Shown here in pieces: positions 52,087-61,000 of a DNA stretch of 62,975 nucleotides (position 1 is its first letter; each line of letters opens with the position of its first letter). A program made the translations under genes and the position numbers. This DNA is from Bdellovibrionia bacterium. Lineage in GTDB: Bacteria; Bdellovibrionota; UBA1018; JBILEK01. The stretch is taken from the NCBI GenBank assembly GCA_044352155.1, contig JBILEK010000004.1:1-62975 (forward strand), read 5' to 3'. A model generated the notes under the pieces. The model was not told the origin of the DNA. It did not search any database and saw nothing but the letters and a program-made list of their open reading frames with translations.

Positions 52087-52263
52087 ATGACCCCTCTTGA
52101 ACCCCAAAAACGATCTAACCGTCTCGCCTTTGGCGTCCCCGTACTCCTGACTGCAAGCGGGATTTTGCTCCTCAATATCCAAGGCATCACTCTGTTTGCG
52201 GTGGCAGCACTCGCGCTTGGGATAATCACGGGATTAATTACTTGGTTGGTTCGAAGACTTTAG
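52087..52263 (+). CDS. Possible small (58-aa) two-TM membrane protein, not in the ORF track
   Basis: Translating by hand gives ATG at 52087 and TAG at 52261-52263: MTPLEPQKRSNRLAFGVPVLLTASGILLLNIQGITLFAVAALALGIITGLITWLVRRL. The 3' end overlaps the convergent mltB-like gene by 30 nt. Confidence 0.3.
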   Translation: MTPLEPQKRSNRLAFGVPVLLTASGILLLNIQGITLFAVAALALGIITGLITWLVRRL

Positions 52264-53184
52264 GCGCGCAAATTTTGCGAGCGTCAGCACTGCCGTCACA
52301 TAATCTTGCGAGCGGTTGTAATGGAAAACAGCCTCTCTTTGCGACTGTTCAGACTGATCCCATCCGTGGTTTTTCAAGAAATTTCCGATGCTACACGCTC
52401 CATCGCGAAGATCTAAGGGATCCACCTTGCCATCCCCACTCGCATCTACTGCGTGCTTAAGGTAGCTTGATGGAATAAACTGCCCTAACCCAAAAGCCCC
52501 CGCCCATGATCCACGTAATCGCTCGACTCTGGGCTTGAGCACTTTTTGAGACTTCTCAAGCGCGAGCAACTGCTCGAGTGCCCACTCCGACTTCGATTTC
52601 GAGCGCTGTTCAATGCGCTGATCCAGGGCGACAAGATCGTCAGGATCTCCCTCAAACAGCTCTCGAAGCGCTTTTTTGTTTGAAGCAACAAAGTAGGGAT
52701 CCTGGGCGAGAGCGAGACTTAAGTAGACGCTCGCCACATGCTTTTTGCCGAGCGTTTTTCCGAACTTCGTCTCCACCCACAAAATAGCGGCAATCACCTC
52801 AGCATCCACACCGAAGCGTCGTCCGCAGACCGAAAGTATCCGTCGATGCTTCGAAAGAAACGCGCGCGTGCGCGCGACACTTTGAGAGTTAAAGTTATGC
52901 GAGTAGTCTGCTTTCATTCGAAAGTTCACAATGTTCGTACGGATTGCGCCGACATCAAGCTCGAGCTCCTGGGAGGTGCGCAGACGCTCTACAAACGCTG
53001 CTGTCGCTCCGCGAAGGATCATCCGGTCAAAAACAGGGGAAAAAATTTCGGTAGTGCTGCGATCAAAATCAAACTGGGCTACCGCCTGGGGCAGCGGCTG
53101 CACAGGCGCCTGCACGTGAGAGCACGCCGAGAGCGCAAGAATAATCGAACAAAACAGCCGACGCAGCATACTTCCTTTCATCAT
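52234..53184 (-). CDS. Lytic murein transglycosylase (MltB/SLT_2 family) lipoprotein
   Basis: Motifs ILWVETKFG and GAFGLGQFIPSSYL. The start is taken at MMKGSMLRRLFCSIILALSAC (lipobox). The 180 upstream codons of the ORF track overlap the divergent gene and are rejected. Confidence 0.85.
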   Translation of the reverse strand: MMKGSMLRRLFCSIILALSACSHVQAPVQPLPQAVAQFDFDRSTTEIFSPVFDRMILRGATAAFVERLRTSQELELDVGAIRTNIVNFRMKADYSHNFNSQSVARTRAFLSKHRRILSVCGRRFGVDAEVIAAILWVETKFGKTLGKKHVASVYLSLALAQDPYFVASNKKALRELFEGDPDDLVALDQRIEQRSKSKSEWALEQLLALEKSQKVLKPRVERLRGSWAGAFGLGQFIPSSYLKHAVDASGDGKVDPLDLRDGACSIGNFLKNHGWDQSEQSQREAVFHYNRSQDYVTAVLTLAKFARLKSSNQPSN

Positions 53185-53416
53185 TTTCAAACTGGCGTTT
53201 CCATAAAACATTGAAATGATTGACCTAAACAGAAAGGTGAGAATCAAAGTAGCTCTCTCAGCGCCTTTACTCAATTGATGCAGCCAGCTTCTATTGTGTC
53301 CCAATTCTCCATCATCCCAAGACTTTTCGTGGATTTTCTCCGCATACCTTGACGTTGATTTGGCGCCACGAACGTGGTTCAACCTCGGTCGCCCAAATAT
53401 ACTTAGGAGGTCAGCA

Positions 53417-54112
53417 ATGACTCGTAGCGCCCTAATTCTCGCTCTCGCGATTACTCTCACAGGCTGTAAGGAATCCACATTCGACACTCTGGATCGATTC
53501 GATCTGCTGGAGTCGGTCACTTTGATCAAAAACAATAAAAAACCCGTCACTCTTTCGGCGGGAACGCAAAACCTGAAAATTCGCTTCTCAACCAAAAAAG
53601 AGCAAGGATCTGTACGTGCAGCAATGACGCTTAAGACCTCTGATGGGGCGCAGATCCCCTTTGATTTGGGCGCAATTGAGATTCTGATCGCCACGAATCG
53701 ATTTGGAAACAAGGTTCCACTCAATCTCGAAAAAATCCAAACCCCCGCGTCTGAAACTCAGCAACATGTCGGAATCTCTTTCTCGGTCAATCAGCGCCAG
53801 AGCGTGAGTCGCGTATTCGAAACAACCGAGTCCTGTACCCGCTATGAGTACGAGACTTATTGTCGCGACATTCCCGAAAGAGTTTGCGTTCCTCGTCCTA
53901 CCGGCGGTAGCGCTTGTCACACGCACTGGCGTCGGGTTTGCGATCAAGTTTCACGCCCCTATCCGGGATATCGTCGAGTGCTGACGCGCGAGTACGGTGA
54001 TATCACGACCTACGCTGTTCAAATGACTGCGGAGAACGGTCGCACCCTCGGGCAAGGCCTACTCAACGTCGATGCAGTGAGTGTCGATCGAGACGAAGGC
54101 ATCTGCTACTAA
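53417..54112 (+). CDS. Lipoprotein (hypothetical)
   Basis: A TAGGAGG SD lies 6 nt before the ATG at 53417. Lipobox ITLTGC. The C-terminal half is Cys-rich. Confidence 0.6.
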   Translation: MTRSALILALAITLTGCKESTFDTLDRFDLLESVTLIKNNKKPVTLSAGTQNLKIRFSTKKEQGSVRAAMTLKTSDGAQIPFDLGAIEILIATNRFGNKVPLNLEKIQTPASETQQHVGISFSVNQRQSVSRVFETTESCTRYEYETYCRDIPERVCVPRPTGGSACHTHWRRVCDQVSRPYPGYRRVLTREYGDITTYAVQMTAENGRTLGQGLLNVDAVSVDRDEGICY

Positions 54113-54562
54113 ATGAGGTTAACTCTACTCGCTTTTGTTTTGCTTTTGGCTCACTCAGCTCAAGGAGCGGATCAGCCACGCGTTGAGTTTGATGCTTTCG
54201 GAATGCGAACTCTCAACGCCCTTGATCTCAACGCCGAGCTAGGCCGGATCTCCTCCCCAGATGGAGCGCTCTGGGCGCGCGCTCGCGCAGGTCGCATGTG
54301 GGTGCGAGAGCCCCATGTGTTCTCACTCGGATTTGAGATCGAAGGGGCGTTTCGACGGAGCACTGCTCTTGGTGCACAGGCGGAGTGGACGCATCTTCAA
54401 AGTGGAGTTTGGGTACAAGCCACTTTGGGGATGGACTTTAAAGGTCGTATTTTCGGAAACCCATCCCTAGGCTGGAGTGTGTTTGGGGTTGAGCGTAGGA
54501 CCCAAGAGGGGGCTTGGCTTTTGAAACTTCGTGTCCCAATCGGCGTTTTGCTCGCGCTTTAA
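54113..54562 (+). CDS. Small secreted protein (hypothetical)
   Basis: The start follows the preceding stop directly (TAAATG). Signal peptide MRLTLLAFVLLLAHSAQG. Confidence 0.5.
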   Translation: MRLTLLAFVLLLAHSAQGADQPRVEFDAFGMRTLNALDLNAELGRISSPDGALWARARAGRMWVREPHVFSLGFEIEGAFRRSTALGAQAEWTHLQSGVWVQATLGMDFKGRIFGNPSLGWSVFGVERRTQEGAWLLKLRVPIGVLLAL

Positions 54563-55188
54563 ATCGAAATACAGTACACACCGCGCGAGCCCGGAAATGC
54601 GGTGGGATTACAGCTGAGAGAGTTACCATAGAAAATCCAGTTCGCGTCTGTCGCGCTTGGACTGCCTATCGAACCCGCAGGCGATGCGCCTGGGTCAGTC
54701 CAATCCGTACAACTTCGGCCAGCATTAAAGATCCCAGCCTGAGTACTCCCGGTCCAGGCGGTTAGGTTTGCAGGCGTGGTGCGCCGCACCCCGCTCTCGT
54801 CAGTATCGATCGATGAGTAAAGCCGTGGAGTACCTGACCAGATTTGATCTGCAGAATCAGCCACCAGTACAAACTCGTTTCCTAAGACTTTGTAAATTTT
54901 TTGCTCGCCCGTCACACGATCTTTCGCGTTCTGAGTCGAAGTCGATACAATCGCGATGTAATTGCGCTTAAGTCCCGCACTCTCTCGCGCCATCTGGCAG
55001 GGACCATCAATTGAGCCTGTATTAAGCGCAAAAGCCCCTGACTCACCTGTGATTGTCGTCAAAAAAACGCGCCGCCCAATTTGAGGTACTCCATCCACAA
55101 GATCAGTACTGAGGAGTCCAACAACTTCAGCACAGCCTAAAAGTCCAACGAGCGCCAAAGTGAAAACTAAAAACAAATATCGTCGCAT
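54559..55188 (-). CDS. DUF1554-like lipoprotein
   Basis: The ATG at 55188 gives MRRYLFLVFTLALVGLLGC. The pattern RVFLTT...G...GPCQMARESAGL...YIAIVS...WTGS...CTDWT...G...W...C...VYCI matches my recollection of the DUF1554 family. Confidence 0.55.
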   Translation of the reverse strand: MRRYLFLVFTLALVGLLGCAEVVGLLSTDLVDGVPQIGRRVFLTTITGESGAFALNTGSIDGPCQMARESAGLKRNYIAIVSTSTQNAKDRVTGEQKIYKVLGNEFVLVADSADQIWSGTPRLYSSIDTDESGVRRTTPANLTAWTGSTQAGIFNAGRSCTDWTDPGASPAGSIGSPSATDANWIFYGNSLSCNPTAFPGSRGVYCISI

Positions 55189-55529
55189 GCGTTTTTTTAG
55201 ACAGATCACGAAGGTTCTTAAAAGTATAACAAATCGGGATACCTTTTCGAGTCAACACAATTTGAGGTACCCGCCCCCTGATTCAGATACACTTGCTAGT
55301 CAGTCTCCACTCTCTTTGAGTCCTGACGTAGGAACGACAATGCAGAAGAGTAAAACTCAAGGCTCAGGAATGGGTCCACACCCAGTCCTCAAGAGAAAGA
55401 AAAAAGGGGAAGGACGCCAACCGACACTCATCAATGGCCTCACGCTTTCATGAGTGAAAAGTCTCTTGAAGTCAGTCTTCATCACCTAAAATGTAGTAAC
55501 TTTTTCAGACCTGGCTCACTCTATCCCTT

Positions 55530-55982
55530 ATGGAAAAATCAAGGATCCTTTGCAACTTGCTGATCTCTTGTATCGGAGCAACGCTGCTGATCATCGCAGT
55601 TTGGCAGTTCGCAACCTTCGGTGGGCGCTCCAAGGGCGCCGAAGCCCGAAAGAATCTCACACGCGTGTCTGAGCGATTAAGAGATGCAGGCTCCAAGCTC
55701 GATCCACTTGCGGTCGAGTTGATCCTGGGTGAAGTCATGAACGAATCCCGTCACTTTAGATACGCTCTCTGGGACTGCACGACCTCAAAGACCCTTGGAG
55801 GCGAGATTAACGAGACTCTGCCAAACGTTTGCGACTCGGGTACATCGCAAGTCCTTGGAGTCGCCTGGGGCTATCCCGCGCTCGATCGTCCAAAAGCGCT
55901 CGAGCTCTGGATCGTGCAACCTGGTGAGGAGCCAAAACGGATCACAACTCCGTATGGGTTTTGGAGCTGGTTTCTGCGATGA
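55530..55982 (+). CDS. Pilin-like protein with degenerate (apparently non-cleavable) class III signal
   Basis: The N-terminal helix ILCNLLISCIGATLLIIAVWQFATFGGRSKGAEARKNLTRV parallels the alpha-1 helix of Myxococcus/Bdellovibrio T4a pilins (...FIKFQARSKQSEAKTNLKAL). It lacks the Gly-1 / Glu+5 processing motif. Confidence 0.4.
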   Translation: MEKSRILCNLLISCIGATLLIIAVWQFATFGGRSKGAEARKNLTRVSERLRDAGSKLDPLAVELILGEVMNESRHFRYALWDCTTSKTLGGEINETLPNVCDSGTSQVLGVAWGYPALDRPKALELWIVQPGEEPKRITTPYGFWSWFLR

Positions 55983-56039
55983 GACTTAGAGCCACACCTG
56001 AGTCATGCAGAAAGCTAAAGATCGAGTAAACTAGTGCGT

Positions 56040-56930
56040 ATGAAAACTCTTCAAGCGATTCGAAGCTCAACTGAGACACACTGGGTAGGTGATGGATTTC
56101 CGGTGCGAAATCTTTTCTCTTACGATGATGGAGCAGATGAGCTCTCGCCGTTTCTCCTGCTCGATTACGCAGGCCCAACTCTGTTCTCCCCCACCACAAA
56201 ACGTCGTGGTGTTGGCTCACACCCTCATCGCGGCTTTGAGACCGTAACGATCGTCTACGACGGCGAAGTAGAGCATCGCGACTCTGCTGGCGGCGGTGGG
56301 CGCATCGGTGCAGGCGACGTGCAGTGGATGACTGCTGCAAGCGGGGTTGTGCACGAGGAGTTTCACAGCGAAAACTTCTCGCGCACGGGCGGTCCGTTTG
56401 AGCTTGTACAGCTTTGGGTAAATTTGCCTCGTAGGGATAAAATGGGCTCACCGAGTTATCAAAGTATCCTCAGCGCGCAGATCCCGCTTGTTGCGCTCCC
56501 TGGCGGAAACTCTGCACGCATCATCGCGGGTGAACTTGGAGGCAAGCGGGGTCCCGCTCGCACGCATACCATCATGGATGTTTTTGACTTAAGGCTTAAG
56601 GCGGGCACTTCTGTAACTCTGCCCACACCGGAAGGCCATACAAGCTCCATCCTCGTTCTGAGTGGAAAAATCGAGCTCGAAGGCGCAAAGACACTTATCC
56701 CAGCTGAGCTTGCACTTTTTTCGCGTACAGGTGTCGGCTTAACATTTAAAGTCCTCGAAGATGCTAAGGCGCTTTTCCTCGGTGGCGAGCCCATCCACGA
56801 GCCCATCGTGGGACACGGCCCATTCGTGATGAACTCGATTAGCGAAATCAAAAAAGCGTACGAGGACTTTCACGCTGGAAAAATGGGAGAGATCCCGCCG
56901 CGGGAGAGCCTGTCGAAAGTGAATCCGTGA
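56040..56930 (+). CDS. Pirin-family protein (bicupin)
   Basis: Motif HPHRGFETVT plus bicupin length. An alternative GTG start exists at 56034. Confidence 0.9.
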   Translation: MKTLQAIRSSTETHWVGDGFPVRNLFSYDDGADELSPFLLLDYAGPTLFSPTTKRRGVGSHPHRGFETVTIVYDGEVEHRDSAGGGGRIGAGDVQWMTAASGVVHEEFHSENFSRTGGPFELVQLWVNLPRRDKMGSPSYQSILSAQIPLVALPGGNSARIIAGELGGKRGPARTHTIMDVFDLRLKAGTSVTLPTPEGHTSSILVLSGKIELEGAKTLIPAELALFSRTGVGLTFKVLEDAKALFLGGEPIHEPIVGHGPFVMNSISEIKKAYEDFHAGKMGEIPPRESLSKVNP

Positions 56931-57010
56931 GAACTCGCTTGAGCGATAGGTCAGATCTCTTACACAACAAACGATAGAGCAGTCCCCAAACCCGCCTTAC
57001 GATCAGTGGT

Positions 57011-57562
57011 TCAGTCGGTGCGCGGTGTGTTCCCTGTGATCCCGCAGTTCTCACAACTCTCAGCTAGAGCGGATCCGCGAGCGCCGCCGTAAGACATGAG
57101 CACTTTTTTATGTGCATCGATCAAAAACGTCGCCGGTCTTGCAAATGTTTCTCTCTCGACATCCACTCCGTAACTCTGAAACACGCTGCGCGAATCTTTT
57201 GGCGCGGCAAAAAGATAGGGCATTGGGTTTTCGGTGAGCCAAGCTCTGAGCGATCCTACTCCCTCACTTGACAGGACAAGGATCGTTGAGCTTTTGAGCG
57301 TAATCGACTGCTGCCAGGAGCGGAGCTGATACAAGTGCTTTTGACAAAAGGGGCACCAAGTGCCTTTGATAAAATTTAAGACCACCGGACCGCGCCGCAA
57401 AAGCTCTTCAAGTGAGATCTCCTGAGAGCTCATGAGCGTAGCTTTAAAGTCAGGTGCAACACTCCCAATAGGGAGAAGCTCTCTTTTGCCTTGCAAAAGA
57501 GGCTCTTGCTCTAAGTCGAGCTCCGCTCGCATGGAGGTACTCAAGAGAGCTTTCCCTCCCAC
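57011..57562 (-). CDS. Thioredoxin-fold redoxin (AhpC/TSA-like) protein
   Basis: VAPDF...VVLNFIKGTWCPFCQKHL carries a WCPFC CxxC motif. The start is uncertain: GTG at 57562 or ATG at 57532. Confidence 0.8.
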   Translation of the reverse strand: MGGKALLSTSMRAELDLEQEPLLQGKRELLPIGSVAPDFKATLMSSQEISLEELLRRGPVVLNFIKGTWCPFCQKHLYQLRSWQQSITLKSSTILVLSSEGVGSLRAWLTENPMPYLFAAPKDSRSVFQSYGVDVERETFARPATFLIDAHKKVLMSYGGARGSALAESCENCGITGNTPRTD

Positions 57563-57966
57563 CGAATCACCACATCCTTGGGCAGTTGTTGAGACGCGTG
57601 CTGAACGGATGCATGCGGGAGGAAAGCGAATTTCCCCTGCGCACGCAAGATCTCAAGCGCCTGCGCCATCTCAGGGAGCTGCTCGCTCTCCCACGAGACA
57701 TGAGTGACGCACGCCTCGGTGCACCACTTTCTCAAAAACGGCATCGCGCGAAGATGAGCCCCTGACCCGAAAAAAGATTGCATCGATCGCAAGTCCTCCC
57801 AAAGAGTGAGCGTCCAGTACGCTCTGCCTTGCTCAGCTACGGTTTTACCCTGCAAAAACCCAGCACTCCTTGCCGCTTGTCGCATGGAGCGATAGGAGAG
57901 CCACAAAAACTGCGGGATAAACCAATATGATCGAACGCGCAAACGTGTAACAGAGAGGAGCTTCAT
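57541..57966 (-). CDS. Hypothetical protein, possibly dimeric alpha/beta-barrel (DUF3291/ABM-like)
   Basis: The 141-aa protein has the pattern LSVTRLRVRS...FLQGKTV...YWTLTLWEDLRSMQSF. The assignment is weak. Confidence 0.35.
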   Translation of the reverse strand: MKLLSVTRLRVRSYWFIPQFLWLSYRSMRQAARSAGFLQGKTVAEQGRAYWTLTLWEDLRSMQSFFGSGAHLRAMPFLRKWCTEACVTHVSWESEQLPEMAQALEILRAQGKFAFLPHASVQHASQQLPKDVVIRWEGKLS

Positions 57967-58003
57967 TTCCCTACGTTTTTATCTCATTTTTGGCCTAAAA
58001 AAA

Positions 58004-58019
58004 GTGTCTAAAGAGACAC
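58004..58019. promoter_or_regulatory. Inverted repeat upstream of the giant pilus-associated gene
   Basis: GTGTCT-AAAG-AGACAC lies ~75 nt upstream of the GTG at 58093. It is a possible operator. Confidence 0.3.
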
Positions 58020-58092
58020 AGTTCTCATACGTCATGCGCCGCATTACTCTCTGGAGTGGGGAAGTCGTTTAACTACAGGGGAGGGGGGATTT

Positions 58093-61000
58093 GTGAGCAA
58101 AGGGGCATGCTCGCGAATACACCAACAAGGAGCGTCGACGCTTCTTTTGGTCATGATCATTGGTGGCGCAACCGTGACGATTACGACGTCAATCGGTGCG
58201 TACCAAATCTTTTCGGCTAAGATGGGGCACTCTGAGCGCATGAAGCGCTTTCGTAAAGGCAACATCCAAAGTGTCGCTCAGTATCTTGAGCTTGCGATTC
58301 GAAATCGCTGGTGCATCACGAAAGACCTAAAACGTAACATTGTTTGCAACCCAGGTCTTTTAAACGAGACAGGTCGAGCAACAGAGCGCATCACACTTGC
58401 GCCCGCAACACTTGAAAAACTAAAAAGCACTGGCGCGATTCCAAGCGATCAGGCGATCCCAGAGAGCGATCATCGCTACCCTTATATTAAAGGATCGATT
58501 CCCTCAAACTGTAGCTTATCTGATCTTGCATCCGTAGCCGAGAGCCATCCACTCAAACAATCCCTCACCGACTTTGAAACCGACTACAAATGTCTGCGCT
58601 GGGCCGTGCGACGCGAGTGCGCTTCGCAAGAGGCGTTAACTTCGGCCCCCTCACTCACCGATTGTAGCGTGCAAGACAGCATGGGTGAGTCGATCGGAGA
58701 TGAAGTTCGGATTAGTCTTTCGATCGAGCTTGTGCATAAAAATCTGCTCGGAAAAAACCTTAAACTCAATCAACTTCTTGCAGTATCGCCTCGTCGGATT
58801 TTTACGTACTCGGCGATATTTAAGGGCGATCTTTCAGCATCTCCTGCCTACAATCTCAACGGACAAGGACTCTCAAATCTTAACCCCGCAAGCGCGGAAC
58901 CGATGATTCGCTCTTATGATAGTCGGATCCGATTCCCAACTCAATCGGGCACCGACTCACTTAAAAGTGTTATCTTTCACGGACCAGTACTCACAAACGG
59001 CGATCTCATCTTACAGCCGATCCCAGCCCCATCGGCAAGTCCTCGCGCGCAAGTCACTTTCAATGACACGGTTTATCTCTCGGGAGGACGAGTGAGAACC
59101 TATAACGCGTCAACAGGAGCGCTTGAAGAGCTTCAAGTCAGTGACCCAACTATTCAGCTTGCAAAAAGTAGTGGGTTTGGCGGCCTTAAAAAAGGCGTCC
59201 TTCAAGACGCAAGCCCTGACCCAGGGATTGAGTGCCTACTTCCAAATCAGTTTGAGGTCTCTACTCTGATGGTCCCTCAAGGCTCAGAGGCAACTGGCTA
59301 TTATCCACAACAATGTCTTGCAGGAGTACCGCTCTCAAGGCTTGCCGCGTTTGTGAGAGCACAGGGACTTGGAGATTTCACGAACACTCAGTTTTCAGCG
59401 CTCCTTGTGAGACAGCACACAGGAGGGTTTCCTTGGGCAGGCCCGACGCCAGCCCCAGGGTCCGGGAGCTCAGCTTTTGCTCGCCAAAGTCTGATTCTAG
59501 GTCTCAGCGAAAAAAACTATTTCAAATCCCAAAGCATTTTAAATGAGTCAGTAAAAAGCAAATCATTGCCAACCTCTCCTCCGTTTACAGACTACTTTAG
59601 GGAGTCAAACCCGCCCTTAAAGGTTTCTCCAGAGTTTCCGCAAAAACCAAGCGATGTATGGGGCTCAACTCCACCTGTGGGGGCAAACAATCAAGCACAG
59701 TGGGCCGACTTTAACAACTCCGTCTCAGGCTCGGTAGATCCACGACTTTCGGGTACGAGAAACGATCCGATTGTACGCGCTTTTTTTTCTGCCAAAAAAA
59801 ACAACGCCTATCACTCGATGATTGAACTTGGTTTAGGAGTGAGAGATCGGTTTGAAATCCCACTTAAACCGTGGCTTCCCAAATCCGCTTCCGTCACTCA
59901 AACTCCGTGGCAGAACGCGATCGCAACTACAACCGGATCATGTGAAGTGCCCATCGGCTCATGCGTTCAAAATCTCAAATGCGGTGCGACCGTTTTTCCA
60001 TGTGAAGTCTCATCTCCACCACCCACACTAGGCAATCGCTACACTGAGCTTAAGTTCGCCTATGACACAATCAAAGGGCTCAAAGCAGATCTTACATTAA
60101 GAAAAGTAGGTTTTGCGCAAGCACTGTCGGGCGCGCTTAATTTTTGTAATCAAAAACTTCAAGAGCTTAAAACATGCTGCAACGAAAACTCTAATTCGGA
60201 TGGCGATGCAGCTTGCAACTCTCAAGCATCAGACGCCCTTACCTCACTCTCAAGCTGCGAGTCTCCTCTTGACTCGCAAATGCAGCAGATGATCGAATCT
60301 GGAATCACAGGCGCATGCGAGAGTAAAGAGAATGAGTTTTTTTTAGCAAAACAAGCTTCCTCGCAGACTGCCCCACCACTCGAGTTTTATACCGCTCTGC
60401 CTACTTTGTTTGAGCCTGAGCGTCTGACTCTCGAGGCTGCAATCACTGATTTAAAAGACATCGTAGATGCTGACGAGAATTTATGCCCAGCTAACCTAAA
60501 CGCTCTGCCAAGCGGTAGAATCGCATGTGCAGATGATCTCATAGTCCGAAGTCAACAGATTCTAGGCGAAATCAAAAATCGATTTGATCCTCTCTTTCGA
60601 CTGATCAAGCAAGCTCCCGAAGCAGAAGCAGAAGAGTATCTCGTGGGCGAGACAGCGCCTATGATCACGCAAGTTTCAATGCCTAAAATCGAGATCGAGT
60701 CACGTCCTATCGCACATCGACACACGTTGGCCGGAAAAGGCTCAAACACTGAGAGTGCACGCTATTACTGGAGATCAGATCAAGTGCGTCTTGATCTTTG
60801 GGTGCGAGACACTGAGTACCTCGATTGGAGTCGAGATGACTTCTCACTACAAATGGAGATCGAAGCGTTTGATGCAGCCTCCTCAAACGAGCATGATCAA
60901 GTAAGTCTTGACTCCTCCGCACGTGAGCTCTCAACTCTTGGTCCAAACTGCTCACGCGACACTGAAAACGATAGTCAGCAATCCTGCGCGAGCACGAACT

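Noticed and set aside
53185-53724. 5' extension of the mltB-like ORF (180 extra codons)
   Set aside because: A lipoprotein signal (MMKGSMLRRLFCSIILALSAC) marks the real start at about 53184. The extension overlaps the divergent lipoprotein gene, which has a strong SD.
55160-55453. 97-aa plus-strand ORF in the 320-nt gap upstream of the pilin-like gene, including an internal 37-aa basic peptide with an AGGA box
   Set aside because: It overlaps the start of the DUF1554-like gene, has a low-complexity translation, and shows no signal or motif. It is kept only as a remote small-peptide possibility.
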